64,000 nucleotides of DNA, taken from positions 180,031-244,030 of the forward strand of contig CAYRKM010000001.1 of assembly GCA_964425075.1 (NCBI GenBank), in the 5' to 3' direction. Origin of the DNA: an uncultured Gammaproteobacteria bacterium (GTDB taxonomy: Bacteria; Patescibacteriota; Microgenomatia; Levybacterales; GWA1-39-11). Shown piece after piece: positions 32,573-42,021 of this stretch; position 1 is the stretch's first letter, and every line of letters starts with the position of its first letter. Both the position numbers and the translations under genes were made by a program. The notes beneath the pieces were generated by a model. It saw only the letters and a program-made list of their open reading frames with translations. It was not told where the DNA came from and did no database searches.

Positions 32573-33135
32573 ATAAAATCAAAAGTTTTGGAAAATATAT
32601 ACAACGTACTGAAAAACATCACAAAAAGCTTTTTCTTTTTCTTCTTGTTCTTACTTCAATTTTATTCTTTCTACCAGTTTTTATTCAGCTTCGTTATCAG
32701 GAATTTAGAGGCTTAGGACTAGTTGGAGTATTTTTACTTAATCTTTTTGGAAGCGCCACTATTTTCCTTCCTGCCCCTGCTTTTATTTCAGTTGGAATAC
32801 AAGCAACCCAATCACATCCCCTTCTCGTTGCACTCATAGCAGCTTTGGGCTCGGCAATTGGTGAGAGCGCTACGTTCTTATTTGGTTTTTCAACCTCTCA
32901 ATTTTTTGATTTCAAAAAACACAAAACAATTTATATGATAACCAACCTACTACTTCATAAATGGAAAGGAGTTTTCATAATTATCTTCTCATTTATCCCA
33001 AATCCAATTTTTGATGGACTTGGAATGCTTGCAGGAATTACCTCCTACCCCATAAAGCGATTCTTAATGTTAACTTTCACCGGGAGGCTTCTTAGAAACA
33101 TTTTAATAGCTTATTCTGTCCTTCACTTCGTATGA
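32569..33135 (+). CDS. DedA/TVP38 (VTT-domain)-like membrane protein
   Basis: Multi-TM protein. GLVGVFLLNLFGSATIFLPAPAFISVG resembles the DedA-family [F/L]xP.P re-entrant motif. Confidence 0.45.
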   Translation: MNKIKSFGKYIQRTEKHHKKLFLFLLVLTSILFFLPVFIQLRYQEFRGLGLVGVFLLNLFGSATIFLPAPAFISVGIQATQSHPLLVALIAALGSAIGESATFLFGFSTSQFFDFKKHKTIYMITNLLLHKWKGVFIIIFSFIPNPIFDGLGMLAGITSYPIKRFLMLTFTGRLLRNILIAYSVLHFV

Positions 33136-33434
33136 TTTCTTACCAGGAAAAAGTGTGGAGTCTAATAAAAAAAGTCCCTAAAGGAAAAGTAACCACTTAC
33201 GGAGAAATTGGAAGAAAACTTTTAATGTCTCCACGCACCGTTGGACTTGCCTTGCATCAAAACAAAAGTAGTGAGGTTCCTTGTCATAGGGTTGTGAACC
33301 GGAATGGCAGAATTGCGCCCAATTTTGGAATGGGAGGAGAAATTGAACACAGAAAAAGACTATTAAAAGAAGGTGTCACTTTTTTAGATGACATGAGAGT
33401 TGATCTTAAAAGTCATTTTTTCTCCTTGCGATAG
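33132..33434 (+). CDS. ogt: methylated-DNA--protein-cysteine methyltransferase (MGMT/Ogt C-terminal domain, 100 aa)
   Basis: KGKVTTYGEIGRKL...PRTVGLAL...VPCHRVVNRNG carries the PCHRV active-site Cys motif of O6-alkylguanine transferases within a wHTH. Confidence 0.75.
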   Translation: MISYQEKVWSLIKKVPKGKVTTYGEIGRKLLMSPRTVGLALHQNKSSEVPCHRVVNRNGRIAPNFGMGGEIEHRKRLLKEGVTFLDDMRVDLKSHFFSLR

Positions 33435-33466
33435 TTAAAAAGGTCTTCTACAATTCAAATTAGCAT

Positions 33467-35185
33467 ATGAAATGGTTACTGGTTTTACTTCTTTTTTTGT
33501 CTCTTCCTCAACAAATTTTCGCCCAAAATCTTCAAACTCCCGAAAAAGTACAAGAATACGTAAATGACTCCATTAGAAAAACAGCTCTTGCAGGCGAGCA
33601 TATAGAAAAATTCAATACCGATATTGATGTTCTTAAAGATGGAAAAATCGAGGTAAAAGAAACGATTGTTTACGACTTCTCAGAGCTTTTAAGACATGGG
33701 ATTTTTAGGAATATCCCATTTACAAAACTTAATAAAGACAACAAGCGGGTTGATTTAGCATTCAAAAATTTTAGTGTAACTGACGAGAATGGAGATAAAT
33801 ATAAATTTGATAAGTCAGTTGAAAATGAACAAATTATTCTTAAAATTGGCGACCCCAACAAAACTATTACAGGTATTCATACGTACGTAATTTCTTATAC
33901 CGTTGAGGGGGCTATTGGGTATTTCGATAGTCAAGATGAGATCTATTGGAATGCAACAGGGACTGAGTGGGATGTACCAATTGCAACAGCTACTGCCTCA
34001 ATTACCCTACCCGAAAAAATTGAAAATGCACCAAGTAGATGCATAACAGGAAGTTATGGATCAACTGAAACAAACTGCAAAACGTATCAGGAAGACAACA
34101 CTGTTTATTTTACCTCTGACGATCTTCTAGACTCCCATGAGGGACTTACGGTACTTGTGGGTTTTCCCAAAAACACTGTTGCCTATCTTCCACCCACTGA
34201 ATACGTGCCGTTTTTTGAAAGATGGTATGGAAAAATTGTGCTTGTTGGAATTGGCATTGGGGCATTTCTTTGGTATATTTTCTTGCCGGTTTATTTGATA
34301 ATCCATTATTTTCTCAGAGGACGTGATCCATATGTAGGAAAGGCAGTAAGTGCATGGTACGACCCTCCCAAAACATCTTCAAAGCGTTTTTTAACACCAG
34401 CAGAAACCGGAGCTCTTCTGGACGAAACAGTAAATAGACGTGATGTTTTTGCAGCAATTATTGACCTTGCTAGACGAGGTTATATAAAAATTGAGGAAAG
34501 AGATAAGAAAGATTTTTTCATTATAAAAAAGTCGTCCAAAGACAAACAAAAACTCCAACCGTTTGAAGAAAAATTACTTGAGGGATTATTCTCAGAAGGA
34601 AATGAAGCAAGACTTAAAGACACCAAGCTTTACACTACAATTGGAGAAGTTGAAAATATGCTTTACAAAAATTTGGTTACTGAAGGATTTTTCCCTAAAA
34701 ATCCTAAAACCATAAGAACTTTATACATTGTTCTTGGATTCTTTGGTATTTTTACTTTAAATTTCGTGCTTGCTTTTGTTGCATTTTTCTTCGGAAGAAT
34801 TATGCCAAGAAAAACATTATTCGGGGCTGAACAAGCTCAGGTTGCAAAGGGAGTTAAGAATTTTTTAACTTCCCAAGAAAAACAGCTTGAATTTCAGGCA
34901 GACAAACAAATGTTTTTTGAAAAACTTCTTCCATTTGCCGTAGCCTTTGGAGTTGAGAAGATTTGGGCAAAACGTTTTGAAGAGTTTGACCTTAAAGAAC
35001 CATCTTGGTACCACAGCTCCACAGGCACACATTTTAACGCAATGTACCTTGCGTCCAGCCTAAACGACTCATACAAAAGTTTTTCTGTTTCCTCAACACC
35101 ACCCTCTTCTTCATCTTCATCAGGTTTTGGTGGAGGAGGATTTTCGGGCGGTGGCGGAGGAGGCGGTGGCGGAGGAAGTTGGTAA
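33467..35185 (+). CDS. DUF2207-type membrane protein with a C-terminal Gly-rich tail
   Basis: Signal peptide (LLVLLLFLSLPQQIFA), a large extracytoplasmic domain, two or three TM helices mid-protein, and a C-terminus SSSSSSGFGGGGFSGGGGGGGGGGSW, as seen in DUF2207 proteins. Confidence 0.55.
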   Translation: MKWLLVLLLFLSLPQQIFAQNLQTPEKVQEYVNDSIRKTALAGEHIEKFNTDIDVLKDGKIEVKETIVYDFSELLRHGIFRNIPFTKLNKDNKRVDLAFKNFSVTDENGDKYKFDKSVENEQIILKIGDPNKTITGIHTYVISYTVEGAIGYFDSQDEIYWNATGTEWDVPIATATASITLPEKIENAPSRCITGSYGSTETNCKTYQEDNTVYFTSDDLLDSHEGLTVLVGFPKNTVAYLPPTEYVPFFERWYGKIVLVGIGIGAFLWYIFLPVYLIIHYFLRGRDPYVGKAVSAWYDPPKTSSKRFLTPAETGALLDETVNRRDVFAAIIDLARRGYIKIEERDKKDFFIIKKSSKDKQKLQPFEEKLLEGLFSEGNEARLKDTKLYTTIGEVENMLYKNLVTEGFFPKNPKTIRTLYIVLGFFGIFTLNFVLAFVAFFFGRIMPRKTLFGAEQAQVAKGVKNFLTSQEKQLEFQADKQMFFEKLLPFAVAFGVEKIWAKRFEEFDLKEPSWYHSSTGTHFNAMYLASSLNDSYKSFSVSSTPPSSSSSSGFGGGGFSGGGGGGGGGGSW

Positions 35186-35188
35186 AAT

Positions 35189-35530
35189 ATGAAACTAATA
35201 CATTTATCAGATGTTCCTGTAACAAAGGCGCATGACAACTTAGACAGGCAAAGATTTGTGGCTCCAGGAGAATTAAAGTCTGATGTTCAGACCGTAAACT
35301 ATGTGGAACTTAAGCCCGGGGAGTCTTATACTCCACACAGACATTTCGACTGCGAGGAATGCTTTTTCATGATAGAGGGTGAGGCAATTGCGGTTATTGA
35401 AGGACAAGAAACATTAATTTCAAAAGGAGATTTTCTTGTAGTTGAAGTTAATGAAGAGCACACTTTCATCAATAAAAGCGACAAGGTGTTTATTTACTTC
35501 CAATTCAGAGTATTGGTAAAAGATCATTAA
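35189..35530 (+). CDS. cupin-domain protein
   Basis: ESYTPHRHFDCEECFFMIEGEAIAVIEGQE...GDFLVVEVNEEHTF is a cupin two-motif barrel with His/Glu metal ligands. Confidence 0.55.
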   Translation: MKLIHLSDVPVTKAHDNLDRQRFVAPGELKSDVQTVNYVELKPGESYTPHRHFDCEECFFMIEGEAIAVIEGQETLISKGDFLVVEVNEEHTFINKSDKVFIYFQFRVLVKDH

Positions 35531-36587
35531 GAACCAAAATTGTTTGAAGATATTTGGCAACCTCTTCTTCTTTTTCTTTCGCGTGATGAGGAAGAGCACT
35601 TATTGAATGAATGGCGTTTGTGTAGAACACGGTCTTAGCTCTATTACCCAAAAACTCGACATAATCCTTTGTAATTTTCTCCCTTATCTTTTCTCCATCA
35701 AGATCAAAATCAAACCTGTTTTCATCCTGACGAACTAAATATTTGCCCTTGCGCAAAAAATTGTGCCCGCTCATGGTTGAATAAAGAATTTTAGAATAAT
35801 CATATTCAAGCGGCAAAAATAGTGCCCCGTTGGGGTCAAGAAACATAAAAGAAGCCCCCTTCTTAATCAAAATATTTCCAAAATGCATGTCCCCATGGAT
35901 TATTCCCAACTCCTTATTCTCTATTTCACGAAGTAAGGGATGATTAATCAATCTCTCTATAAAAAAAGGCAAATTCTTATATGATTTACCGTTAATAATT
36001 ACCTCATCCCATGAGAGCATCTCTTTTAAATAATCGAACTCAAACATTTCATTAAATCTTTTCTGAAGACGCTCAGCAAAAACTTGTCTTACTATTGATG
36101 AATCTTTCTTTCTGGGAAGAGCATGGAACATGTTTTCAACGGCTGTCATAGCGTCAGTTGCCAATTTTGAAAGCTCTTGGGAAGTCATGGTTCCATCGAC
36201 AAGAGCGTCGCCGGCCGATACATAGTCCTCAAGATACTCAAGAAAGTAAAAAGCCACACCCTCATCCTGATATCCACCATAAAACTTAGGAAGGTTTGCA
36301 GTTGGAATATTATGCTCTGAAATATATGAATACCATGCAATTTCTTTTTGAGTGGTTGTGGGATGACTGTTTCTCTCGAGTTTTACAACAAACTTATTTT
36401 TCCCCTCCCCAAATACAATAATGTGACATGGAGTATTGAGTTGAAAAATGTGCTTTTCAAATTTATCCCCGAGCTCACGTTTTAAGTTCTCAACCAGCTC
36501 ATTTGCATTACTTAATTTATTAGCAAGAATAAAGCTATGAACATGAGAAATAATTTCAAATTTATAATCCATATCTACTTTTTTCAA
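35505..36587 (-). CDS. aminoglycoside/choline-kinase-like phosphotransferase (APH family)
   Basis: IIHGDMHFGNILIKKG...FLDPNG is the Brenner HGDxxxxN catalytic loop plus a D-metal motif of protein-kinase-like phosphotransferases. Confidence 0.6.
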   Translation of the reverse strand: MKKVDMDYKFEIISHVHSFILANKLSNANELVENLKRELGDKFEKHIFQLNTPCHIIVFGEGKNKFVVKLERNSHPTTTQKEIAWYSYISEHNIPTANLPKFYGGYQDEGVAFYFLEYLEDYVSAGDALVDGTMTSQELSKLATDAMTAVENMFHALPRKKDSSIVRQVFAERLQKRFNEMFEFDYLKEMLSWDEVIINGKSYKNLPFFIERLINHPLLREIENKELGIIHGDMHFGNILIKKGASFMFLDPNGALFLPLEYDYSKILYSTMSGHNFLRKGKYLVRQDENRFDFDLDGEKIREKITKDYVEFLGNRAKTVFYTNAIHSISALPHHAKEKEEEVAKYLQTILVLNDLLPIL

Positions 36588-36643
36588 TGAAAACCGAAGG
36601 TTTCAAGGTCTCCTTATTTTTTCACAGAAAAAGCAAGGTCTCC

Positions 36644-38413
36644 TTATTTTTTCTGCAGTTTGAATATTTCCTCAACTTCTTTTAAAGTCGTTGCATCAGT
36701 GCTTTTTTTGTCGTCCCTGAAGCGTTCCAAACGGGGAAAGCGCAATGCATATCCAGGAACGTCTACATCAAACGCAGAGCCACTTTTTGAGGCCTTCATC
36801 ACTCTTCCTGCAGTGTGTACTGGGGAACGTGTCAATTCGTCAGCTCTTATCTCAACTACTATCTCAGGCTTTACCCAAACATCAGGCTCAAGCCATTTCT
36901 CAACTTCATAAAGTGCGGGTTTTTCTTTTGACTTTAATTTTTCTCCACGTATAGCCAATTCCTTCCACTCCTCATCAGTTAACCCTGTACCAACTTTTGC
37001 GATAGTCATAAATTTATCCTGAGACTCATCGTAAATCCCAATTAAAAATGCTCCTATACCAAAAGCTGTTCTTTTTCCGCGACCATAATAGTAACCCATA
37101 ACAACACAGTCAATTGTGTCATTAAGCTTTGATTGATAAGACCTTTTTAGCTTTATCCAATTCCATCCTCTAGCACCAGCCTGATACTTTCCATCCAGTT
37201 TTTTTGCCAGAATTCCTTCAAGTCCGCGTGAAATACAATCATCAAAAAAGTTTTCAATTTCTTTACCATCTCCAATAACTTTCTCCTCTGAAAGATATAC
37301 GGTTTTCCCCTCCTTAATTAATTTACCAAGCGCTTTATGACGTTCAACATAGGGTTCATGAATAAAATTTTCTCCATCTAAATATAAAAGATCAAAGGCC
37401 ATATACTTTAAGGGGATTTTTGCAGCCATTTCCTCTATGTCATATTTTCTCTTTCTTTGTGCAGTTAGCTGAAAAGGTAAATATTCATCAGTCGTTGGGT
37501 TATAAGCAATTGCTTCCCCTTCCATCACAACACCCTTTGTTTTTATTTGTTCACGAATTCCTTTCTCGATATCCGGATACATAAAGGTTACTTCTTCCAA
37601 ATTTCTCGTGAATATCTTTACTTCTTTTCCATCATAATGAACTTGAAGTCTAAATCCATCATACTTTGGCTCAACTGCACATTCACCGATCTTATCAACT
37701 ATCTCCTGTCCAGAGGAGAGCCTTTCGGCTCGTGCCATAAGTATTGGAGTTCCAACAGCAGGCTTTGTACTGTTAAGACCCTCTACCCCTTTCTCTTTTA
37801 AGAGTTTTCCAATGTATCCAAGGTCTGGTCTTATGTTATATGCTCTCTCAATTATAGGACGAAGAGTTTTGTTTCCAACTAGCATCCATGATAAAGAATC
37901 CAGAACTGTCATATCAGAAAATCCAAGCCTTAAACGGGCCACAGGAATGCGGGAAATATATCTACTAGATAAAGAGTCAGCAGATTTTAAAAGTCGAGAC
38001 ACTGTATCAATTTTTTTATCAACAGAACCTGCTCCTCCTAATTCCACAACCTTTTCAAGCTCGCCAAAAACATCAGAAACTGTTGCTTCATTGCCCACAC
38101 CTTTCTTTCTCTCGGCAAGTTTCTCCGCAAGCTCTCCTAGGTCTCCAATTCTTTTAAATTCGGCAATTATCTCCTTATCATCCTCTTCGTAAGCTAGTGC
38201 AATTGCTTTTAACATCATCTTATCGGCCATACCAAATTCTTTCGCAACATACAAAGGGGCTACTCTTCCCTGCAGAATATACATAACCTTATCCATATCA
38301 TTTACTGGAACTTTTTGGAAAAGTTCAGCAAGTAGCAAAATCATGTCATTGCGCGACGCAGTCTTTTCAAGCTTTTGAAGATATTCTGATAGGTCTTTAA
38401 ATTTCATAATCAT
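36644..38413 (-). CDS. lig: ATP-dependent DNA ligase (Lig1/archaeal-type, 589 aa)
   Basis: Adenylation motif I AVEPKYDGFRLQVHY (KxDG), motifs III-V (FDLLYLDG, EGIL(A)K, KLK) and an N-terminal DNA-binding domain. The start overlaps the Fic stop by 4 nt. Confidence 0.85.
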   Translation of the reverse strand: MIMKFKDLSEYLQKLEKTASRNDMILLLAELFQKVPVNDMDKVMYILQGRVAPLYVAKEFGMADKMMLKAIALAYEEDDKEIIAEFKRIGDLGELAEKLAERKKGVGNEATVSDVFGELEKVVELGGAGSVDKKIDTVSRLLKSADSLSSRYISRIPVARLRLGFSDMTVLDSLSWMLVGNKTLRPIIERAYNIRPDLGYIGKLLKEKGVEGLNSTKPAVGTPILMARAERLSSGQEIVDKIGECAVEPKYDGFRLQVHYDGKEVKIFTRNLEEVTFMYPDIEKGIREQIKTKGVVMEGEAIAYNPTTDEYLPFQLTAQRKRKYDIEEMAAKIPLKYMAFDLLYLDGENFIHEPYVERHKALGKLIKEGKTVYLSEEKVIGDGKEIENFFDDCISRGLEGILAKKLDGKYQAGARGWNWIKLKRSYQSKLNDTIDCVVMGYYYGRGKRTAFGIGAFLIGIYDESQDKFMTIAKVGTGLTDEEWKELAIRGEKLKSKEKPALYEVEKWLEPDVWVKPEIVVEIRADELTRSPVHTAGRVMKASKSGSAFDVDVPGYALRFPRLERFRDDKKSTDATTLKEVEEIFKLQKK

Positions 38414-39444
38414 GCCATCAAATACTTAACTCCCTTTGTTTTACCCTTTTTTGCAACAATTCCTTTTTTCACCAAGTCCTGCACTTCACGAAGAGCAGTA
38501 TCTTCTGAAACATCGGGGAATAATGAGGGAAATGCTTTGTTTTCCAAATAACCTACCGCCTGAATGTACTCTATTATTTTAAGCTGCCTATCAGTTAGCA
38601 TAACTGGTTGTCCTCCAAGCTTTTCTTTTAGCTTACTATCAATTGAGATATGCTCTATCTTTTCTTTTATTTTTGAGAGCTCGACTGCAAGACATTGTGT
38701 AAAATACTCAAGCCAATCAGTCACATTCCCGTTGTTCTCAGCAACACTTTGAAGTGCTTTGTAGTAGCCCTCTGGATTTCTATCAAAATGCTCCTCGATT
38801 GAGAAAAATTCTCGTATGTCATACCCATTTGCAAAAAGAACAAGCATTGAAAGAGCTCTTCCTACCCTTCCATTCCCATCCAAGAAAGGATGAACTCTAA
38901 CAAATTCGTAATGAACAATACCTGCCTTAAGAACGGGATGAAGCTCCTCTTCTTTTTCTATAAACTCCACCAAGTCTTTCATTTGCCAAGGAACTTCAAC
39001 ATGACGCGGAGGACGGAATGAAATGTCCCCAGTTATACTATTTCTTATTACAACCTCTTTTTTACGATACTCACCTTTCACATCCTCATCAAGAAGCTTG
39101 TTCACTGTAATTTTATGTAGATCAAGAATGGTTCCTTCATCAATCTTTACGTCCTTCTTGCGCCCAATGTAGTCGATTACATCCCGATAATTTATAACCT
39201 CCTGAACATCTCTTTCTCTTGCAACTATTCTTTCCCCGTCCAAAACTTTTTGCACTTGGGTAAGGGACAATTCATTTCCTTCAATGTGTGTACCATAGTG
39301 AGTTGTTCTTAGAATCGCCTCGTCTTGAAACTTTTTTTCCCAATAAGGAAGAAGTGGCGCATGCTCTATTATTTCCTTTGCAGCCTCAATATCTCCAATG
39401 TTCTTTAGGATTTTGTTTGTTATGGAAAAATCTGGTCTATACAT
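38410..39444 (-). CDS. Fic-family protein (AMPylation-competent motif)
   Basis: Canonical Fic motif HPFLDGNGRVGRAL (HxFx(D/E)GNGRxxR), an N-terminal THIEGN segment resembling the inhibitory helix, and a C-terminal wHTH. Confidence 0.85.
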   Translation of the reverse strand: MYRPDFSITNKILKNIGDIEAAKEIIEHAPLLPYWEKKFQDEAILRTTHYGTHIEGNELSLTQVQKVLDGERIVARERDVQEVINYRDVIDYIGRKKDVKIDEGTILDLHKITVNKLLDEDVKGEYRKKEVVIRNSITGDISFRPPRHVEVPWQMKDLVEFIEKEEELHPVLKAGIVHYEFVRVHPFLDGNGRVGRALSMLVLFANGYDIREFFSIEEHFDRNPEGYYKALQSVAENNGNVTDWLEYFTQCLAVELSKIKEKIEHISIDSKLKEKLGGQPVMLTDRQLKIIEYIQAVGYLENKAFPSLFPDVSEDTALREVQDLVKKGIVAKKGKTKGVKYLMA

Positions 39445-39506
39445 AATTTTAAACTCTTGATTCTATAGAATAGAAGCTAGAGAATGTTGTGTTTTGAACT
39501 TGTTTA

Positions 39507-39800
39507 TTGTACCATACTGATAATATGTCATCATCAAACCAAAACAAACTTCACATCGAAATTGTGAGACAAATGCTAACTCTTGCAACTGCGGGTTTTG
39601 GATTAGTTGCTGCTCTTGCCTGGAATTCTCTTATTCAGACTTTTGTTGAAGACTATGTGAAAGTTTGGCTTCCACAGGGAGGAAAAATGACCTCCCTTGC
39701 TATTTATGCCCTTATTGTTACGCTACTTGCTGTATTTATAACCTACCAACTCTCTAAAGTTTTGCGCCGCCTCGAGGCAAAAGACGAGAAAAAGAATTAG
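39507..39800 (+). CDS. small membrane protein (2 TM), hypothetical
   Basis: Hydrophobic segments LTLATAGFGLVAALAWNSL and SLAIYALIVTLLAVFITY. Confidence 0.4.
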   Translation: MYHTDNMSSSNQNKLHIEIVRQMLTLATAGFGLVAALAWNSLIQTFVEDYVKVWLPQGGKMTSLAIYALIVTLLAVFITYQLSKVLRRLEAKDEKKN

Positions 39801-40085
39801 ATTTATTTCTTCAATAAAACTTTTCGTCATTTTGTACCGAACATATGAATCAGTAAGAGTATCTTCTCTTCCTCATTTTGGAAATCAAGCATGAAACAGT
39901 GAATGAGTGAATGGTCCTGAGCATAGCGAAGGAGAAAGATGTAAAGGCTGAGGCGAGCCGAACTGCCGAATCTTTCAATGAACGAGTGAAACTGTTGAAT
40001 GCATGCATTTACAATTGAGGAGAGCTTTTGGTACTTTTGGCGGTTCAAAAGTACAAGAGGAAAATGTGTTATATTAACCTTCATA

Positions 40086-41129
40086 ATGTCACTTGTTTCG
40101 CTAAAACTCAAACATTTTCGTAACCACAAGAATTCTTCCTTTACCTTTCCTTTAACCACCGTTATTATTGGTCCTAATACTATTGGCAAATCAAGTGTTC
40201 TTGAAGCCATTCAATTTCTTTCACACGGAAAGAGTTTTAAGGCAGAAAAGGAGATAGATGTCATAACTTCAGGACAGGATTTTGCCAGAATTGAGGCAAA
40301 AATAAAAAATGACACAGCAACCAATCTTGCAATAATTTTGGCAAAGCAAGAACAACGGTTCTCTAAAAAATACTTAGTAAACAATGTTTCCCGACGCCTA
40401 GTTGACTTTACTTCTCACTTTCGCTCCGTTCTTTTTACTCCTGAAAACCTTGATATCATCACAGGCTCACCCAACTTAAGACGAACTTACATTACGTCTA
40501 TTCTTTTTCAAACTGATAAAAAATACAGAATGGCACAAAGTATATATGAGAAGGCTTTGAAGCAAAGAAATAAAATGCTTTGGCTTTTGCGTGAAGGAAA
40601 AAAATATTTTGGAGAGAAGGAGTTTGAATATTGGGACAATATTCTAATTCAAAATGGAGGAATCATAACAGAATCACGCGAAAAATTGGTTGACTATATA
40701 AATAAAGCAACAAAAGAAATTTTTGACTTTACCCTCTTTTATGACAAAAGCACCATCACGTTTGAAAGGCTACAAAAATATTATGATGCAGAACGCTCCT
40801 CAGCTACTACTCTTGTCGGTCCTCAAAGAGATGACTTTTTATTCTACTTTGCAAATTCTGAGCGCTCTATTGCAGAATTTGGCTCCAGGGGAGAACAACG
40901 TTTGGCAATTTTCCAAACTAAAATCCTTGAAACTTTTTTTATAAAGGAGACAACGGGCGAGTCTCCAACCCTACTTTTGGATGATATTTTCTCAGAACTT
41001 GATAACAATAATATTCATAGAATTCTCGATCTTTTGCCAGAACAGCAGACAATTCTAACGACAACTCACAAAGAATTCGTCCCGAAAAATATATTGGAGA
41101 AGAAAGAGGTAGAGATTATTGAGTTATAG
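40086..41129 (+). CDS. recF: DNA replication/repair protein RecF
   Basis: LKLKHFRNHKNSSF...VIIGPNTIGKSSVLEAIQFL (Walker A, cf. RecF GPNGSGKTNLLEAI) and C-terminal LLLDDIFSELD (Walker B / D-loop). The start is taken at the internal ATG at 40086 that precedes the conserved N-terminus; the track ORF extends upstream to 39999. Confidence 0.65.
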   Translation: MSLVSLKLKHFRNHKNSSFTFPLTTVIIGPNTIGKSSVLEAIQFLSHGKSFKAEKEIDVITSGQDFARIEAKIKNDTATNLAIILAKQEQRFSKKYLVNNVSRRLVDFTSHFRSVLFTPENLDIITGSPNLRRTYITSILFQTDKKYRMAQSIYEKALKQRNKMLWLLREGKKYFGEKEFEYWDNILIQNGGIITESREKLVDYINKATKEIFDFTLFYDKSTITFERLQKYYDAERSSATTLVGPQRDDFLFYFANSERSIAEFGSRGEQRLAIFQTKILETFFIKETTGESPTLLLDDIFSELDNNNIHRILDLLPEQQTILTTTHKEFVPKNILEKKEVEIIEL

Positions 41130-41151
41130 CGGAATTAGTGAACAACAACAC

Positions 41152-41976
41152 TTATTCTGCAAATATGAGTTCTTTCATTACAGCCGGAATTTCATCAGCC
41201 AAATCAGTTGCATTAAAGTAAATTCCAACCCTTTTTTCCAAACTCTCTCCTGCTTTTTTATTGATATAACTTGCTGCGCAAGCAGATAAAAATGCATCGT
41301 TTTTTGCATACAATGAAGCAGTTAGGCCTGCCAAAACGTCACCTGTCCCTCCCTTTGTCATCCCAGCATTTCCACCTGAAATTTTTGCAGAATTATTTGA
41401 ATCGGCTACCATATCTTCAACTCCCTTAGCAAGAAGGGTAACATTATATTTTTTTGCCATTTCGCTTACAGTTTCCTCTGTTGGTTTTACACCAAATAAT
41501 ATTTCGAATTCTCTTACGTGAGGCGTAACAATTGCGGTTGGTGGTAGGATATGTGGATCAATAGTTTGTAGGCTCCCCCCATCAATTACCCATTTTTTAT
41601 CACTGTATTTTTTAAGCAGGCTTTCTGTCAAAATTTTTGTATCATCGTCCCCCTCCTCAAAACCATTTTCTCTTGGCAATCCGGGACCTATCAAAATACA
41701 GTCCGCCTCTTTTATATAATCATCCAATCTCTCACGGGGCACAACAATTCCATTTCGAAACTCCTCCTTCATTCTGAAAACCAATTCATTGTTCTCTTTT
41801 ATGCTCGAGTAAAGAACCATGTCAACTATTCTGGATGCGACAATTAGTGGCCAAATAGAGGCTGCATGGAATAATTTGGAGCCTGCAATTATGAGAACTT
41901 TGCCATTTTGACCTTTATGAGTATCTCTAGCTGGAATATAAAGTTGTTTTAAAAGTTGGGGATCGAACTCCTGCAT
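41152..41976 (-). CDS. nnr: ADP-dependent NAD(P)H-hydrate dehydratase (YjeF C-terminal / Nnr2-like)
   Basis: HKGQNGKVLIIAGS, GPGL and GGNAGMTKGGTGDVLAGLTASLYA are carbohydrate-kinase-like NnrD signatures. Confidence 0.75.
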   Translation of the reverse strand: MQEFDPQLLKQLYIPARDTHKGQNGKVLIIAGSKLFHAASIWPLIVASRIVDMVLYSSIKENNELVFRMKEEFRNGIVVPRERLDDYIKEADCILIGPGLPRENGFEEGDDDTKILTESLLKKYSDKKWVIDGGSLQTIDPHILPPTAIVTPHVREFEILFGVKPTEETVSEMAKKYNVTLLAKGVEDMVADSNNSAKISGGNAGMTKGGTGDVLAGLTASLYAKNDAFLSACAASYINKKAGESLEKRVGIYFNATDLADEIPAVMKELIFAE

Positions 41977-42021
41977 GATGCTAGTTTACTAAAACTAAAC
42001 GCTAAGTGCGAATAGCTAAAT

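Noticed and set aside
39827-40210. Minus-strand 127-aa ORF overlapping the recF 5' end
   Set aside because: It overlaps the recF N-terminal coding region and the upstream repeat region, and has no RBS or recognisable motif. recF on the + strand is well supported.
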